Assembly (NCBI GenBank): GCA_965205485.1 | Contig: OZ242180.1 | Coordinates: forward strand, 2,432,001 to 2,496,000 | Length of the DNA: 64,000 bases | Direction of reading: 5' to 3' | From: Candidatus Latescibacterota bacterium | GTDB lineage: Bacteria; Latescibacterota; UBA2968; GCA-2709665 | In this document: piece by piece, positions 50,001 to 58,887 of the stretch | Layout of the letters: every line of letters starts with the position of its first letter | Numbering within the stretch: position 1 is the stretch's first letter | Made by a program: the position numbers and the translations under genes | The notes under the pieces: generated by a model | Databases searched by the model: none | Told to the model about the DNA's origin: nothing | Seen by the model: only the letters and a program-made list of their open reading frames with translations

Positions 50001-50168
50001 CCAGCCATAGTGCTCCAGATTGTGCCGGACCACGTCCATGCGGGCATCGGTATAGTACGTGCGCCTGTCGGAGGCATTGGCCGTACGAACCGCACCCGCT
50101 ATCATCAGCACGAATATGCCGGTGGCCAGCAGGCCCGCCGGCAAGACGGCGAAAAAGAAATCCATCAT
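47019..50168 (-). CDS. Heparinase II/III-family polysaccharide-lyase-like protein
   Basis: N-terminal hydrophobic signal; GNYGMH, YES--YN, H-HFDQLN, D-GYP, T-AHNTVVVD motifs. Confidence 0.78.
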   Translation of the reverse strand: MMDFFFAVLPAGLLATGIFVLMIAGAVRTANASDRRTYYTDARMDVVRHNLEHYGWAREHRTEILTKAEHWARYGDAKLRTIVSPPQVPRGYQVHNDGCPVHGVKVHEQGLYRWIIDFDRPYKVTCPVGGETYPSNDFEAFLATGMQDRSLLTGPYADDGWGWHRPGDPVPANYWFVAYYAHWSMMRFLMEAIEVLGQAAVLADEEENAKRFAHKCALLLWQLAEYYPEYKYERQSRESKEHNPEYTGKLFNRIWETRPPHTCAIAYDAVRPYLNTDTELQCLADRNGPEIHATIRDRLLCEAARCILNAAGGRIRGNYGMHQKALLTLAQVLAASEGRPRSEEMVQYVLANPDPVMATDMGLRDALENLVYRDGMPYESLEYNKIWVHDLTELAALMADSGGNLFKHPRYGKLVSWAFDVCIAGKFTPSTGDSGDMFAQRSAWQPAVCQLALPYVDDARLAWVLKTQPGARQDLFSTPVEAQVPAGPDGEKPEIGLRSCHFPAYGMANLQCGDETNRSAVSFFYGDHQAHRHFDQLNILLFSHDNALLTDIGYPEQTDAFNHRLAGFFTNTVAHNTVVVDEVRQGRGPGRLHGLVMEGFAQAVDASCEGAYAGRVDVYRRANVLVEAARGQHYLFDAFYVDGGRQHDYMLHGNQAAFDCRPGLGPVQETGTLAGEDVPYEQFYDDPGLKDKRLSSVPYTGYRGSGYQFLYNVQKGNLTGEATAEWRLTVPIAGQPERPWRGIGLRAHLIGRDEELFACDGPVQKYKYLPESVKFLVRRRTGTNLSSVFATVFEPYWETTWIRRARRIELTPDGFQAAAVRVDLEDGSTHYLFHALDADRMYTLQNDIRIAGQLAILALDETGRPVRAMLFNGRTLETDGLRLGGEGMRRSRIASVDYGRGTIELADAVIEDTLRAGQAIPVVSDGFSDSVTLSKVIDRRRFSIGDEDVNVAGGPVLDVRADRLLTSASNPHAHAGMTLLNSLREPQGRLAAKVDGGWRIDREGRRPMTMEDFPVADGDAGPRYSVAMVGAGDWLEVPDLVRFQGIEGA

Positions 50169-50233
50169 CGTAATTCCCGGTACAGGTTATCTTCAATCTC
50201 GGTCTACGCTGTTGTTCCTGCTCATGCGCGTGA

Positions 50234-50356
50234 TATATAGGCCGGGGCGGTTCGGGTTGTCAAGCGATTAATCTCATGCAGGGGGCATTTTACAACGGGG
50301 GGTACGCCGAGCGCGCCTGATCGCGACTTGACAGTGAATGATGCAGATATTATGAT
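50234..50356. promoter_or_regulatory. Divergent sigma70 promoters
   Basis: Plus strand TTGACA(50328)-N17-TATGAT; minus strand TTGACA(50263)-N18-TATATA. Confidence 0.65.
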
Positions 50357-50450
50357 GCAATGTCGGCATTGTTCCGCCCGCCGGAAACCGGGGCCCGGAC
50401 ATGGACAGACCGCAGGGGAGTCTGCGGTTTCAGTCAGGAGGTCGTTATTA

Positions 50451-51735
50451 ATGAGCGGATCGAACCCTGATGGACAGATACTGGCGGGTTTCGGGAAGGC
50501 AGACATTACGCCCGCGGCGCACGAGTCGTTTGAAATCTACGATCCCATCTACTTTCGGGCGCTCCACGTTCGGCAGGGCGACCGGCAGGTGACGTTTCTG
50601 GCGGCGGACCTGTTCCTGTTCGATGATTATTGTTTCGACATGATGGCGGAGGAGCTGGCGGAGACGGACGTGGACCCCGCCTGGATTCCTCCCGGGCGCA
50701 AGCCATATGGGCACCGGACCGACGCTGTTCCAGTTCTACGTGAATCAGCCCACGGAGGCGTTGAAGGAATTCGGCAACGAGGCGCACTACGCGCGAGCCG
50801 CCGCGGAGGCCGTGCGCATGGCCAGGGCCGACGTTTCGCCGGCGCGGGTGGCGGTGGGCACGGGCCTGGCGGAGAACGGGCTCCAATACAACCGCCGGGC
50901 GCACGATGAGCATGGCAATCTGCGGATGGTCTCGCTGACGGAGTTTCCCAGACCGCCGGACGATCTTGTCTATGACGCGGTGGATCTCCAGGTGGGCGTC
51001 GTGCGATTCGACCGGGACGGCAGGCGGCCGATCGCGTTGACGAATTTCGGATGTCATGCGCTGGCTCTGTGGGACCTCCGTGGCAACGTCTCCGCGGACT
51101 ACCCGGGCGTGGTCGTCCAGGAGCTTGCCGAAAGGGGGATCGACGGGCTTTTCATCCCGGGTGCGCTGGGCAACGTACATCCCGTACGCGAAACGGAAGA
51201 CCCTTGCGGCCGGATCGGCAGGTCGCTGGCACGAACGGCGTTGGAGATATACGACGGGCTCTCGCCGCAAGCGGACGTGGAGCTGGGACGCTTCATGCAC
51301 ACGATTCAGATTGATCGGCAACCCGTGGCCGAAGTCGAGGCCGCCCGGAAGGAATGGGAGGCGAATCCCCCCGCCGCAGAGGGACTCGCGCGATACGAAT
51401 ACTGGCTGGCGGAAACGTACCGGGATCGGCCGACCTGCGGGTTTGATTTTCATGCGGTCGTTCTCGGCGACAGCGCTTTGGTCCACTTTCCCGGCGAGCC
51501 CTTCGTGGAGACGTCGTTCGCCATTCGTGAGGCCGCCGCGTTCGACAGGGTTCTGCTCCTGTGCAACCCTTGTCCCGAGGTCGGATATCTGCCAACTGAG
51601 CGCGCACGCATCGAGGGAGACGGCGAGGTGTTGTTCGCGCCGCTTGAGATGGAATCCGAGGCGCAGATCCGGGAAGGGGCGATCGAGCTGTTGCAGGAGG
51701 CGTGGGGAGAATCAGATTTGCGAAAGGCATATTGA
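50451..51735 (+). pseudogene. Neutral/alkaline-ceramidase-like amidohydrolase with a +1 frameshift near 50688
   Basis: AGGAGG RBS and MSGS...AGFGKADITP...YDPIYFRAL...ADL in one frame; continues as LPGASHMGTGP...YNRR...NFGCHA...SADYPG...PGEPF...GYLPT after removing one base in ATTCCTC. Confidence 0.75.
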
Positions 51736-51738
51736 CAG

Positions 51739-52632
51739 ATGTCCGAAGGATTGTTGCAGCGGCTGGAAAAGGGCTTCGTACTGGGTGACGGCGGATACCT
51801 GATGGCGCTGCGGATGCGGGGGTTCGTGAGAACGGGCGCCATGACGCCGCAGGTGGTGGCGACCCATCCCGAGGAGGTGCGAAAGCTGACGCAAGAATTC
51901 AGGGACGCGGGAGCCGAGGTGCTGCAGACACTCACGTTTTTCGGAACGTCAAACATGCTGAAACCGGCGGGTTTCGGGGAGCGGGCGGAAGAGATCAATG
52001 CGACGGCCTGCCGCATCGCGAGAGAAGTGGCGGGCGACGATGCGCTGGTTGCCGGCAACCTGAACAGTCCGACGATTTCCCTGATGGATTACGATCCCTC
52101 CGACACCGCAAAGCGAGACCGGACGCGCGCCTGGCTGGACGAGCAACTCCCGTGGATCTGCGACGGGGGCGTTGATTTCCTGATCCTGGAGACGTTCTCG
52201 TGGCTGGACGAAGCGCTCCTTGCGCTGGACGTTGCGAGAGGTACCGGTCTCCCGCTGGTGGTCACCGTCAGCATGGAGGGAAGGGGAAACGCGCAGACGT
52301 TCGACGGGTCTGCGCCAGCGGAATGCGCCAGAAGGCTGGCGGATGCCGGCGCCGACATGGTTGGATTGAACTGCATCTGCCCGCCCTCGGCGATGCTCGA
52401 ATTCGCAACCCGGATGCAGCAGGCGGTGGACGTTCCGATTTGCTGCCAGCCGTCGGCGTGGCACTCGTGGTGGGACCGGCCCGCGGCAACGGAGGCCCAG
52501 TTCGCCCGTTTCGCACGAGACGCCATGGCGGCGGACATCCGGTACCTGGGATCCTGTTGCGGCGCCGGCCCGGAACACGTACGCGCGATGGCACGGGCGA
52601 TGGGGAAACAGCCGGATTCCCGTGGCGCCTGA
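51739..52632 (+). CDS. Homocysteine S-methyltransferase family protein (BHMT-like)
   Basis: LGDGGY, EFRDAGAEV, ETF, GLNC and GSCCG zinc ligands. Confidence 0.88.
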   Translation: MSEGLLQRLEKGFVLGDGGYLMALRMRGFVRTGAMTPQVVATHPEEVRKLTQEFRDAGAEVLQTLTFFGTSNMLKPAGFGERAEEINATACRIAREVAGDDALVAGNLNSPTISLMDYDPSDTAKRDRTRAWLDEQLPWICDGGVDFLILETFSWLDEALLALDVARGTGLPLVVTVSMEGRGNAQTFDGSAPAECARRLADAGADMVGLNCICPPSAMLEFATRMQQAVDVPICCQPSAWHSWWDRPAATEAQFARFARDAMAADIRYLGSCCGAGPEHVRAMARAMGKQPDSRGA

Positions 52633-52662
52633 GGGAACTTCCGAAGGGACGACGGAGCGCTG

Positions 52663-53718
52663 ATGTACTATTTACAGACGGAAGGCGACGCGATGGCGCG
52701 CGGTGTCGCCCATGGACGCGCCGCATCGGACCGGATCGCCGGATTGATCGATCGGTACAGAGGGGATTTTACCGACGGGAAAGGCGGCTGGCGGCCGGGC
52801 CTGGCGCCTGATGCGCGCAAGCGGAAGGTGGACGTTTGGACGGAGCGCATCGGCGGGTTGTTTCCCGACATGATCCGCGAGATCGAGGGGATCGCGATCG
52901 GCGCCGGTCTTCCGTTCGGCGACGTGTTCGAGCTCAATCTCGTCTTCGATCTGGACGAGTCCTCAACGCCCGCGTGCAGCGTATTCGGGTTTACCGACGA
53001 CGAGGGGCGGGCGTGGCTTGGGAAATCCGACGATCTCGGGAAAAGGGAACTGGGCGCCAACGCGATACATCATGCGGCGCCATCGGGAAAACTGCGATCC
53101 GTCCAGATGCACTTCGTTGGAACGATCTGGACGTCGTCGGCGGTAAATGAAGCCGGGTTCGGGTTCGGCATGACCGGACTCACCGGATGTGAACGCCGTG
53201 AGGGCGGCGTTCCGGTGCTGTTTCTCCTGCCTTTGCTGGCGGAACGGTGCCGTACCGTCGAGGATGCCGCTGCCTTATGCGCCGAATTCGAGATCCCGAT
53301 GCACGGGATGAGCGTCCTGATGGGCGACGCGACCGGGGAGGTGGCGATTCTGGAAAAACACGTGGCGGGGCAGACCATCAGGCGTCCATCCGGACCCGGT
53401 GAGGCGGTGTGGGAGACCAACCATTGCCTTGGAAAAGAACTGGTCGGGAAGGACGATCCGGCATTGCCGTATCTGGACAACAGCCATGCGCGAATCGATC
53501 TGGTGTCCCGGATGGAGAGGGACGTGGCGCGAAGCTTCGAAGGATTGGCGCAAATGTACCGGACGCACGATGATCCCGTCGGCATTTGCCAGCACGGTCA
53601 GGGAGGTCTGCATACGGACAGCGGGATCATCATCTGCCCGGCCGAACGGACCATGTGGGCGACGGAGGGGTATCCCTGTTGCCATCCCTTTATCCGACAT
53701 GAAGTTGACACAGGCTGA
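52663..53718 (+). CDS. C45-family Ntn-hydrolase/acyltransferase
   Basis: RGVAHG, EIEGIAIGAG, A-CS nucleophile, NEAG, TNH, SHAR. Confidence 0.82.
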   Translation: MYYLQTEGDAMARGVAHGRAASDRIAGLIDRYRGDFTDGKGGWRPGLAPDARKRKVDVWTERIGGLFPDMIREIEGIAIGAGLPFGDVFELNLVFDLDESSTPACSVFGFTDDEGRAWLGKSDDLGKRELGANAIHHAAPSGKLRSVQMHFVGTIWTSSAVNEAGFGFGMTGLTGCERREGGVPVLFLLPLLAERCRTVEDAAALCAEFEIPMHGMSVLMGDATGEVAILEKHVAGQTIRRPSGPGEAVWETNHCLGKELVGKDDPALPYLDNSHARIDLVSRMERDVARSFEGLAQMYRTHDDPVGICQHGQGGLHTDSGIIICPAERTMWATEGYPCCHPFIRHEVDTG

Positions 53719-53868
53719 AAATTCGGACAGACCGGATTCTTGCATGTCCGGTTGGACTGCATGCGATCAATGAGGAACTTCGCGGGTACACAACATTGCC
53801 ATTGCAAACAATTGTTAATTTTGTTAACTTCAAATTGTGAAGATGGATGATGTCCCAGGGAATACCAT

Positions 53869-54384
53869 ATGATCGTAGCCGATGCCTCCCCGTTAATCGC
53901 CCTGGTCAAGCTCCGGCGCCTGAACATCCTGGAGGATTTGTACGGCGGCGTGCTGATCCCGCCCGCGGTGAGAGCGGAAACAATCGACGCTGGGAGGGCG
54001 ATTCGGGACCCGGGTGTGGCTCAACTCGAGGCCGCTGTAGAAGACCGTTGGTTGAAGGAGGTTCGGCCGACGGATGACGAGCGCGAACTGGCGTTGCGCC
54101 TGTACGGGCCGTCGCGCCTGGGTCGGGGCGAGGCCGAGTCAATTGCGGTTGCGGACGGAAGAGGAATGCGGTTGATCGTGGACGACAAGGAAGCTCGAAG
54201 CGTGTCTGCGGCGATGTCGGTCGAACATATTGGTACAGCAGGTGTTTTCTTGGAAGCTTGTATGCGACGACATCTCAATTTGGCGGAATTGGAGACTGTG
54301 ATTCGTGACCTGGGTCAGATCCTCTGGCTATCACCAGCTGTCGTAGCGGAAGTATTGAGACTCGCGAGGGAGGTGGAAGGATGA
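53869..54384 (+). CDS. PIN-domain protein (DUF3368-like), putative toxin
   Basis: IVADASPLI, LGRGEAESI, IVDDKEAR, IGTAG. Confidence 0.85.
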   Translation: MIVADASPLIALVKLRRLNILEDLYGGVLIPPAVRAETIDAGRAIRDPGVAQLEAAVEDRWLKEVRPTDDERELALRLYGPSRLGRGEAESIAVADGRGMRLIVDDKEARSVSAAMSVEHIGTAGVFLEACMRRHLNLAELETVIRDLGQILWLSPAVVAEVLRLAREVEG

Positions 54385-54704
54385 AGATGGAACAGATGGT
54401 TGGAACGAGGCTTCCGTCGGAGTTGGTCCGCGCATTGGAGTTGATCGAAAACGTCGAGCAATCCGATCGTTCAACCACGGTCCGTAGGCTGCTGTCGAAA
54501 GCAATACAGCAATGGAAGTTGGAGCATTACGCCAGTCTGTACGGCGAAAGAAAGGTTACCCTTGCGCGGGCTGCCCGGGAAGCGGGCGTGTCCTTATGGG
54601 AAATGATGGACTACGCCAGGGTATCAAAAGTGCCTTTCCAGTACGACCTCGACGATCTCCGCCAGGATCTGGAAGTCATTCATCGAAACAAAAGTCAGCA
54701 GTAG
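54381..54704 (+). CDS. UPF0175-like DNA-binding protein, putative antitoxin
   Basis: RHH-like N-terminus, Y--KVTLARAAREAGVSLWE, DDLRQD; ATGA overlap with the PIN gene. Confidence 0.8.
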   Translation: MKMEQMVGTRLPSELVRALELIENVEQSDRSTTVRRLLSKAIQQWKLEHYASLYGERKVTLARAAREAGVSLWEMMDYARVSKVPFQYDLDDLRQDLEVIHRNKSQQ

Positions 54705-54757
54705 AGGTTTCTGCACGTCGGTAATGCGTTCTCATGGAAGACACTCCAAATGAAATT

Positions 54758-54785
54758 AGCCCCCGTGAATCTGACCACGGGGGCT
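54758..54785. terminator. Hairpin between the TA module and tRNA-Met
   Basis: AGCCCCCGTG-N8-CACGGGGGCT. Confidence 0.45.
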
Positions 54786-54826
54786 TACACATCATAACGA
54801 GGCCGGCAGGACCGGCATCAGTTTTC

Positions 54827-54902
54827 TGGTAGCGGCGGAGGGACTTGAACCCCCGACCCATGGATTATGATTCCACTGCTCTGCCAACTGAGCTACGCCG
54901 CC
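54827..54902 (-). tRNA. tRNA-Met(CAT), probably elongator
   Basis: GGCGGCGTAGCTCAGTTGGCAGAGCA-GTGGA-AT-CAT-AA-TCCAT...GGTTCAAGTCC...ACCA; no initiator GGG/CCC anticodon stem. Ile2 not fully excluded. Confidence 0.92.
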
Positions 54903-54922
54903 ACCTTTTTTGCCGGACCGAA

Positions 54923-55019
54923 AAAATACAAGGATACCGCCTTGATGTCAAGCCGGAATACGCCAACATCCACCGACCGTTTCGAAGCCATTGACAATTG
55001 TCCTGTAATGCGGTACACT
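54923..55019. promoter_or_regulatory. Divergent sigma70 promoters for tRNA-Met and nfeD
   Basis: Minus strand TTGACA(54951)-N17-TATTTT; plus strand TTGACA(54991)-N17-TACACT. Confidence 0.7.
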
Positions 55020-55071
55020 GATATTTAAGATTATGTGGCCTGAATCCCAACCGCCGAGGGAGTTCTCCCGG

Positions 55072-56415
55072 ATGCGCGTTACGCTTGCGGTTCTTGCGTT
55101 CCTCCTGCTTCTGCCATCCGTGTGCCTGGCGGAAGGTTCGGTCTATGTCGTGCCGATCGGAGGGACGATCGAGCGGGGGCTGGCCGCCTTTATCTCGCGG
55201 GTTATGGAGGACGCGGAGGCAGAGGACGTGTCCGCGGTGGTCTTCGAAATTGACACCCCTGGCGGCGCACTGGATGCGGCCCTGGTCATCCGGGACGCGA
55301 TTTTGTACAGCGATATGAAGACCATTGCTTTCATCAACCCGAGAGCGATCTCGGCCGGGGCTTTGATTTCACTGGCCACGCGGCATATCGTCATGGTAGA
55401 GGGAGGCACGATCGGCGCGGCCACGGCCGTTGACATGCAGGGCAAGAAGGCCAGCGAAAAGGTGATCTCCTACTTCCGCAACGAGATGAAGGCGACCGCC
55501 GAAAAGACCGGCCGCCCCCCGGAACTGGCCGAAGCGATGGTCGACGAAGACGTGGATATAGAGGATCTCGCTCCGAAAGGCAAGCTGCTCACGCTCACCA
55601 CAACCGAGGCGGTTGCGAAGAAGATCGCGGAAACCATGGTCACGGCCACCGGTGAATTTGAGAAACTTCAGGCCGTACTGAAGCACTATGAACTGGATGG
55701 CGCACGGATAACCCGCCAGTCGGTAAATTGGTCGGAGCAGGTTGTACGCTGGCTCACCCACCCGATTGTGGCTTCGCTGCTGATGTCGCTCGGTTTTTTG
55801 GGATTGATCTTTGAGATCCAGAGTCCGGGTTGGGGCGTCGGCGGTACGATCGGCCTGATCTGCCTGGGTCTGTTTTTCGGCAGCCATCTGCTGGTAAAGC
55901 TGGCTGACTGGACGGAAGTGCTGCTGTTTCTGGGCGGGGTGATTCTGGTGGTTGTCGACCTGTTCTTCATTGCCGGATTCGGAGTGCTGGCCATTCCGGG
56001 CGTCATTCTGATGTTTGCCGGACTGTTTCTGAGCCTGATGGGACGCCCGGAACTGTGGACCTGGGAGTCAGTAGCGGACGGCGCACGGCCCCTGCTGCTG
56101 GCATTTTTGACGACGGTTCTGATCGGCGGCATGATGTTGAAAATGCTGCCGCGCACGTCCGCGTGGAAGTGGCTGGTGCTTCACGAAGAAGAACGCAGCG
56201 ACGCGGGGTACATCGCCACTGGAAAACACGAAGCGCTACTTGGCAGGGAAGGCGTCGCCTTTACGCCGCTGCGGCCCGCGGGCACGGGGCTCATCGACGG
56301 GCGCCGGGTCAACGTGGCTGCCGAAGGCGAATTTATAGAAAAGGACAGCCGGATCACGGTGGTCGAGGTTGAAGGCAACCGGATCGTGGTCCGAAAGACC
56401 GAAGAGGCGAGTTAG
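55072..56415 (+). CDS. nfeD: Long NfeD (ClpP-like domain, TM domain, OB-fold)
   Basis: IDTPGG, AISAG, IGAATAV, KLLTLT, TM block, TPLRPAG...V-VVEVEG. Confidence 0.92.
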   Translation: MRVTLAVLAFLLLLPSVCLAEGSVYVVPIGGTIERGLAAFISRVMEDAEAEDVSAVVFEIDTPGGALDAALVIRDAILYSDMKTIAFINPRAISAGALISLATRHIVMVEGGTIGAATAVDMQGKKASEKVISYFRNEMKATAEKTGRPPELAEAMVDEDVDIEDLAPKGKLLTLTTTEAVAKKIAETMVTATGEFEKLQAVLKHYELDGARITRQSVNWSEQVVRWLTHPIVASLLMSLGFLGLIFEIQSPGWGVGGTIGLICLGLFFGSHLLVKLADWTEVLLFLGGVILVVVDLFFIAGFGVLAIPGVILMFAGLFLSLMGRPELWTWESVADGARPLLLAFLTTVLIGGMMLKMLPRTSAWKWLVLHEEERSDAGYIATGKHEALLGREGVAFTPLRPAGTGLIDGRRVNVAAEGEFIEKDSRITVVEVEGNRIVVRKTEEAS

Positions 56416-56474
56416 CAGCGGGCGGGATATGGAATTTTCTACTCGGGCAATCCGGTATGTACGGGAGCCGCGGT

Positions 56475-56783
56475 ATGGTCGAAGGAATTGCAATTCTGGT
56501 TGTACTTGTCGTCGCAATTGCTATCGTGTTGTGGAGATGGCTCGTACTCCACGCCGACGAAAAGGCCGAGGCCGGTTACGTAGCCACCGGAGAGAATGAA
56601 GCGCTATTGGGAAAAGAAGGGGTGGCGTATACGCCGCTGCGCCCATCGGGTACAGGGCTGATTGACGGGCGCCGGGTCAACGTGGCCGCGGATGGCGAGT
56701 TTATCGAAAGGGATAGCCAGATCAGGGTCGTCGAGGTTGAAGGCAACCGGATCGTGGTTCGTAAAGCCGAGGACGCCAATTAG
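56475..56783 (+). CDS. Short NfeD-like protein (one TM plus OB-fold)
   Basis: GGGAG RBS; near copy of the last ~80 aa of the upstream NfeD. Confidence 0.85.
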   Translation: MVEGIAILVVLVVAIAIVLWRWLVLHADEKAEAGYVATGENEALLGKEGVAYTPLRPSGTGLIDGRRVNVAADGEFIERDSQIRVVEVEGNRIVVRKAEDAN

Positions 56784-56840
56784 TGTCCTGACTTGAGTCA
56801 GATCGATTCAATCGGTAGAAGATACAAAGGGAGCTGAAAT

Positions 56841-57839
56841 ATGGTCGATGCAGTTTTACTTCTCGTTATTGTTGTCGCGGTAATCGTTGTACTGTTCCTT
56901 TTCTTCTATTTCATCCCGGTCGGGCTCTGGATCTCGGCCCTTGCGGCCCGCGTCCGAATCGGAATCGGTGAATTGGTGGGGATGCGCCTGCGGCGCGTTC
57001 CACCGCGAATCATCCTCGGGTCGCAGATCAGCGCCACGAAGGCGGGACTGGCGATCCCGACCTCCTTCCTGGAAGCGCATTATCTGGCGGGAGGACACGT
57101 GGAGAACGTGGTAACGGCCCTTATCGCGGCTGACAAAGCCGGGATCAATCTCACCACGGAACGGGCTGCGGCGATCGACCTCGCCGGTCGCAACGTGCTG
57201 GAGGCCGTGCAGGTCAGCGTCAATCCCAAGGTAATCTCCACGCCGATGGTCACGGCCGTGGCGAAAGACGGCATCCAGGTCAAGGCCACGTCGCGGGTCA
57301 CCGTACGCGCCAATATCGATCGGCTGGTGGGTGGGGCAGGCGAGGAAACGATCGTGGCCCGCGTCGGGGAGGGGATCGTCACCACAATCGGCTCTTCCGA
57401 AACCCACAAGGCCGTGCTGGAGAATCCTGATCTGATTTCGAAGACGGTGCTCGGTAAAGGCCTGGATTCGGGTACGGCGTATGAAATTCTGTCGATCGAT
57501 ATCGCCGACGTGGACGTGGGCGACAATATCGGGGCGAAACTCCAGACAGACCAGGCGGAGGCCGATCTGAAAATCGCCCGGGCGAAGGCGGAAGAACGGC
57601 GGGCGATGGCCGTGGCTCACGAGCAGGAGATGAGCGCGCGGGTGGTCGAGATGCGCGCGCGGGTCGTGGAGGCCGAGGCCGAGGTGCCGCGGGCGATGGC
57701 CGAGGCGTTCCGCAGCGGCAATCTGGGCGTCATGGACTATTACCGGATGCAGAATATCCAGGCCGATACCTCGATGCGGGAAGGAATCGCCGACACCGAG
57801 GACGGCCCTGAAGAAGATACGGACAGGGGAGACGCGTAG
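56841..57839 (+). CDS. floA: Flotillin-like protein FloA (YqfA)
   Basis: [56 protein letters not shown]. Confidence 0.95.
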   Translation: MVDAVLLLVIVVAVIVVLFLFFYFIPVGLWISALAARVRIGIGELVGMRLRRVPPRIILGSQISATKAGLAIPTSFLEAHYLAGGHVENVVTALIAADKAGINLTTERAAAIDLAGRNVLEAVQVSVNPKVISTPMVTAVAKDGIQVKATSRVTVRANIDRLVGGAGEETIVARVGEGIVTTIGSSETHKAVLENPDLISKTVLGKGLDSGTAYEILSIDIADVDVGDNIGAKLQTDQAEADLKIARAKAEERRAMAVAHEQEMSARVVEMRARVVEAEAEVPRAMAEAFRSGNLGVMDYYRMQNIQADTSMREGIADTEDGPEEDTDRGDA

Positions 57840-57842
57840 ATC

Positions 57843-58457
57843 ATGAGCTTCGAAATCGTCGTCATTCTGTTTATCGTGTTAAGCGTGATCTCTTCGCTGG
57901 TCAACAAGATACTCGAAGGCCGGCGCGGTCGGGAACTGGAGGAAGAGGATCTGGGCCTGCCCCCGATGGGAGTACCGGACGTCGATCCACCGGAAGATGA
58001 CGTCTTCCGGGAACCGGGACCGACGAAACCGGCGCCAATGGCCAGGGAGTTCCAGGAGGTACGGGGCACGCGCCCGGTGAGCGAGGCGCCCACGGGACCT
58101 GAGTTTCAGGAAATACGTGGCGCCCGCCCTGTCAGTGAACCTGCGGGCGGGAAAGAGTTTCGGGAAGTGAGGGGCGTGCGCCCGGTGAGTGAAGCCTACA
58201 CGGGGGATGAATATCGGCCGGCCGGTTTCGACCCGGCGGAGGACGAGCACCCCGGTGGGGCGATAAGCGGCGACGGGGCGGAATCCGCGGCGGAAGTAGA
58301 ACAGGACGACTTACCGGATGTCCAACCGCTGGTCGTGGCGCCTCGCCGCAGAACCCGCCGCAGGAGAATCGACCTCGATTTCAAGCCGAAAACGGTCCGC
58401 AAGGCGATCGTCTACAATGAGATCCTCGGTCCGCCCGCAGCGGATCGGAGGCCGTAG
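57843..58457 (+). CDS. Membrane-anchored acidic protein downstream of floA
   Basis: N-terminal TM, C-terminal RKAIVYNEILGPP motif, internal 18-aa repeats. Confidence 0.75.
   Translation: MSFEIVVILFIVLSVISSLVNKILEGRRGRELEEEDLGLPPMGVPDVDPPEDDVFREPGPTKPAPMAREFQEVRGTRPVSEAPTGPEFQEIRGARPVSEPAGGKEFREVRGVRPVSEAYTGDEYRPAGFDPAEDEHPGGAISGDGAESAAEVEQDDLPDVQPLVVAPRRRTRRRRIDLDFKPKTVRKAIVYNEILGPPAADRRP
58047..58208 (+). repeat. Three 54-bp coding tandem repeats
   Basis: EFQEVRGTRPVSEAPTGP / EFQEIRGARPVSEPAGGK / EFREVRGVRPVSEAYTGD. Confidence 0.85.
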
Positions 58458-58605
58458 CGCCCGGCAAAAACGTCCTGCGGCATCCGATGATGCCTGACCC
58501 TGGCAGGCAGCCCGGATGGGCCTTTTTTCAACGGGCTGTTAAGGTTCGGACCGCTTTTATGTCAGGCAAAATTCAAACAACGCTATCTGTAGAGGAGTAG
58601 GTTAA

Positions 58606-58887
58606 ATGCGCTGGCCTGAGATATGCAAAGACCATCCCAAAAAGTGGCTGATTGTTGAGGCATTGGAAGCCCATACAACCTCAGACTATCGGCGGCATCT
58701 GAATCGTCTGACAGTGGTTGAAGAATGCCCGGATGGCAAGACAGCTATGAACCGGTATCAGACCCTTCACCATCAATATCCCGAACGTGAATTCTATTTT
58801 CTCCACACCAGTCGTGATTCACTTGATATTCAAGTAAGACAATGGTCGGGCATTCGTTCGCTGTATGCAATTGATACGCAGGTATGA
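58606..58887 (+). CDS. Small hypothetical protein, partner of the retropepsin
   Basis: GAGGAG RBS; MRW-EI---HP-KWLIVEA, YFLHT; overlaps the next gene; AT-richer than its surroundings. Confidence 0.7.
   Translation: MRWPEICKDHPKKWLIVEALEAHTTSDYRRHLNRLTVVEECPDGKTAMNRYQTLHHQYPEREFYFLHTSRDSLDIQVRQWSGIRSLYAIDTQV

Noticed and set aside
50682..50709. Programmed ribosomal frameshift
   Set aside because: No canonical slippery sequence or shift-prone stop codon; mutation or sequencing error is simpler.
57627..57672. 21-bp repeat in floA (EMxARVV twice)
   Set aside because: Ordinary coiled-coil repeat of the FloA family.
58047..58208. Possible CRISPR-like array
   Set aside because: In-frame coding repeats with synonymous variation, no unique spacers and no cas genes.
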